Shown: positions 62,415-64,000 of the stretch, one piece after another
Layout of the letters: each line of letters opens with the position of its first letter
Position numbering within the stretch: the first letter of the stretch is position 1
Assembly (NCBI GenBank): GCA_051652765.1
Contig: JBOFUV010000097.1
Coordinates: forward strand, 58,784-122,783
Direction of reading: 5' to 3'
DNA length: 64,000 nt
From: Microcoleaceae cyanobacterium
GTDB taxonomy: Bacteria; Cyanobacteriota; Cyanobacteriia; Cyanobacteriales; Microcoleaceae
Notes under the pieces: generated by a model
Told to the model about the DNA's origin: nothing
The model's database searches: none
Seen by the model: only the letters and a program-made list of their open reading frames with translations
Made by a program: the position numbers and the translations under genes

Positions 62415-62486
62415 CTAAACCTGCCAATTCTTATTGCCAATTTCTACTGCCAATTCTACACTCTCAATTCCTCACTCCTTTAAACT

Positions 62487-64000
62487 ATGAGCTTGATTAA
62501 AACTGCTGTTCACTGGCGGCACGGAACCTTTGTTCTCTTCTGCATTTTGGCTTTGTTAGGGGTATTGGCTCTGTTCAACCTGCCCCTAGAACTCCAACCG
62601 GGGGGCGATCGCCCCGAAATCTCCATTACAACGTCTTACTCTGGAGCGAGCCCAACGGAAGTTGAAGAGATCATTACCCGCCCCATTGAGGAAATGATGG
62701 AGCAGGTACAGGGGGTGCAGGAAATCAGAAGTAGTAGTGCCTCAGGCCGCAGCACGATCAACATGGAGTTCAACTGGGATACGGATATTAACCAGCGGTT
62801 GCTCGAGATCTTGAACAAGCTGCAACAGGTAGAAGCCTTGCCCCCGGAGGCCGGAGAGTCCAACGTGGAGTTGGTCAGTGGCAGCAGTAGCCCCATGATG
62901 TGGGTGATTTTGATGCCCAAGCCGGGTTTCACAGCGGATGACAACCATTACCGTGACCTGGTAGATGATATTATCGAACCCCGTTTGCGCCAGGTGGAGG
63001 GGGTGGGTCAGTTTTTGGTTTCGGGGGGTCGGGGCCGAGAGGTAGAAGTGGTCGTTGACCCGAAAGCGTTGGCAGATCGGAACCTGACCATTGCTGACGT
63101 GGTGGAGAGTTTGCGGAACAACAACCGAGACATTCGTGGGGGGCCTTTGGTTGTAGGTCGGCGGGAATACCGGGTTCGAACGGTGAGTCGAGCCCGGGAT
63201 GTCAAAGACCTAGAAGAATTGGTGTTGCGACGCGATCAAGCCGGAACGGTTTACCTGAGAGATGTTGCCGAGGCGCGCATGGGGCGGCAAATTCAGGATC
63301 GAGCCTTTATTCGAGAAAATGAACCTGCAGTGTCAATTGGAGTGATCCGTCAATCCAATGCCAACGTTCCGACCATTTCCAAAGGGATTCGGGAAGCTTT
63401 AGTTGAGTTGGAAGAGCGGTTTGATCAGGCTGGGGAAGGGATTACCTTTGATATTCCCTACGATGAGAATGATTATCTCAAACAGTCAATTGCCTTTGTG
63501 GAGGGCAACTTGGTGGCAGGGGCCATTCTTGCGGCCCTAGTGCTGCTGCTGTTCTTGGGTTCCCTCCGAACGGTGGCGGTGATTGCGATCACGATTCCGA
63601 CGGCTTTGGTGATTGTGTTTATTGTGTTCTTGCTGTTGGGACGCTCCTTGAACGTGATTAGTTTGGCGAGTCTTGCTTTTGCCGTGGGCATGGTGGTGGA
63701 TTGCAGCATCGTGGTTTTGGAAAACATATTTCTCCACCTACAACAGGGCAAGTCCCCAGTGCGAGCTGCAATCGATGGCGCCGAAGAGGTCTGGGGAGCG
63801 ATGTTGGCTTCGACCCTAACGAACGTGGCTGTGTTTGCGCCGATTCTCCTCGTTAAGGGAGAAGTGGGGGAGCTGTTTTTGGATATTGGCTTGGGATTGT
63901 CGATTACAGCGTTGCTCTCTCTGTTTGCTGCCGTGACCTTAGTGCCGATGTTGGCGGGACTGTTTTTGAACCAGAACGAAGCCCAGCAGATGTTAGCGGG
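62487..64000 (+). CDS. RND efflux permease (AcrB-like), 3' truncated by window edge
   Basis: Manual translation MSLIKTAVHWRHGTFVL..LPLELQP..GASPTEVEEIITRPIEE..GMVVDCSIVVLENI; absent from the ORF track. Confidence 0.93.
   Translation, partial: MSLIKTAVHWRHGTFVLFCILALLGVLALFNLPLELQPGGDRPEISITTSYSGASPTEVEEIITRPIEEMMEQVQGVQEIRSSSASGRSTINMEFNWDTDINQRLLEILNKLQQVEALPPEAGESNVELVSGSSSPMMWVILMPKPGFTADDNHYRDLVDDIIEPRLRQVEGVGQFLVSGGRGREVEVVVDPKALADRNLTIADVVESLRNNNRDIRGGPLVVGRREYRVRTVSRARDVKDLEELVLRRDQAGTVYLRDVAEARMGRQIQDRAFIRENEPAVSIGVIRQSNANVPTISKGIREALVELEERFDQAGEGITFDIPYDENDYLKQSIAFVEGNLVAGAILAALVLLLFLGSLRTVAVIAITIPTALVIVFIVFLLLGRSLNVISLASLAFAVGMVVDCSIVVLENIFLHLQQGKSPVRAAIDGAEEVWGAMLASTLTNVAVFAPILLVKGEVGELFLDIGLGLSITALLSLFAAVTLVPMLAGLFLNQNEAQQMLA

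Noticed and set aside
62636..63751. Several minus-strand ORFs
   Set aside because: Antisense shadows of the RND permease

Overview
Core-genome window from a cyanobacterium. Evidence: more than 30 HIP1 GCGATCGC sites counted by eye, plus psbM, psb30, ado/aar, an nblB-like gene and a cyanoexosortase A cassette. It holds about 55 protein-coding genes, mostly housekeeping (rimK, fni, pyrR, lepB, pntAB, gltX, argD, hisA, rel, ilvC, pdhB-secD-secF, sigA). The ORF track missed psbM, psb30 and a truncated RND permease, and does not cover two RNA genes: a probable 6S RNA and a stand-alone 5S rRNA with its own promoter and terminator. No CRISPR array, tRNA, transposase or prophage was seen. The most interesting items are: the orphan, divergent 5S rRNA whose promoter is bracketed by a 10-bp inverted repeat; an MFS gene next to a 1269-aa membrane/serine-hydrolase/permuted-papain-like protein; gltX abutting a stand-alone CAAD gene, one frameshift from a GluRS-CAAD fusion; an RND adaptor with both hairpin arms extended by 32-aa repeats; a solitary C5 methyltransferase; and a family of tiny TAGCAATC-ended repeats. 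Family names come from recognising motifs by eye, not from database searches.
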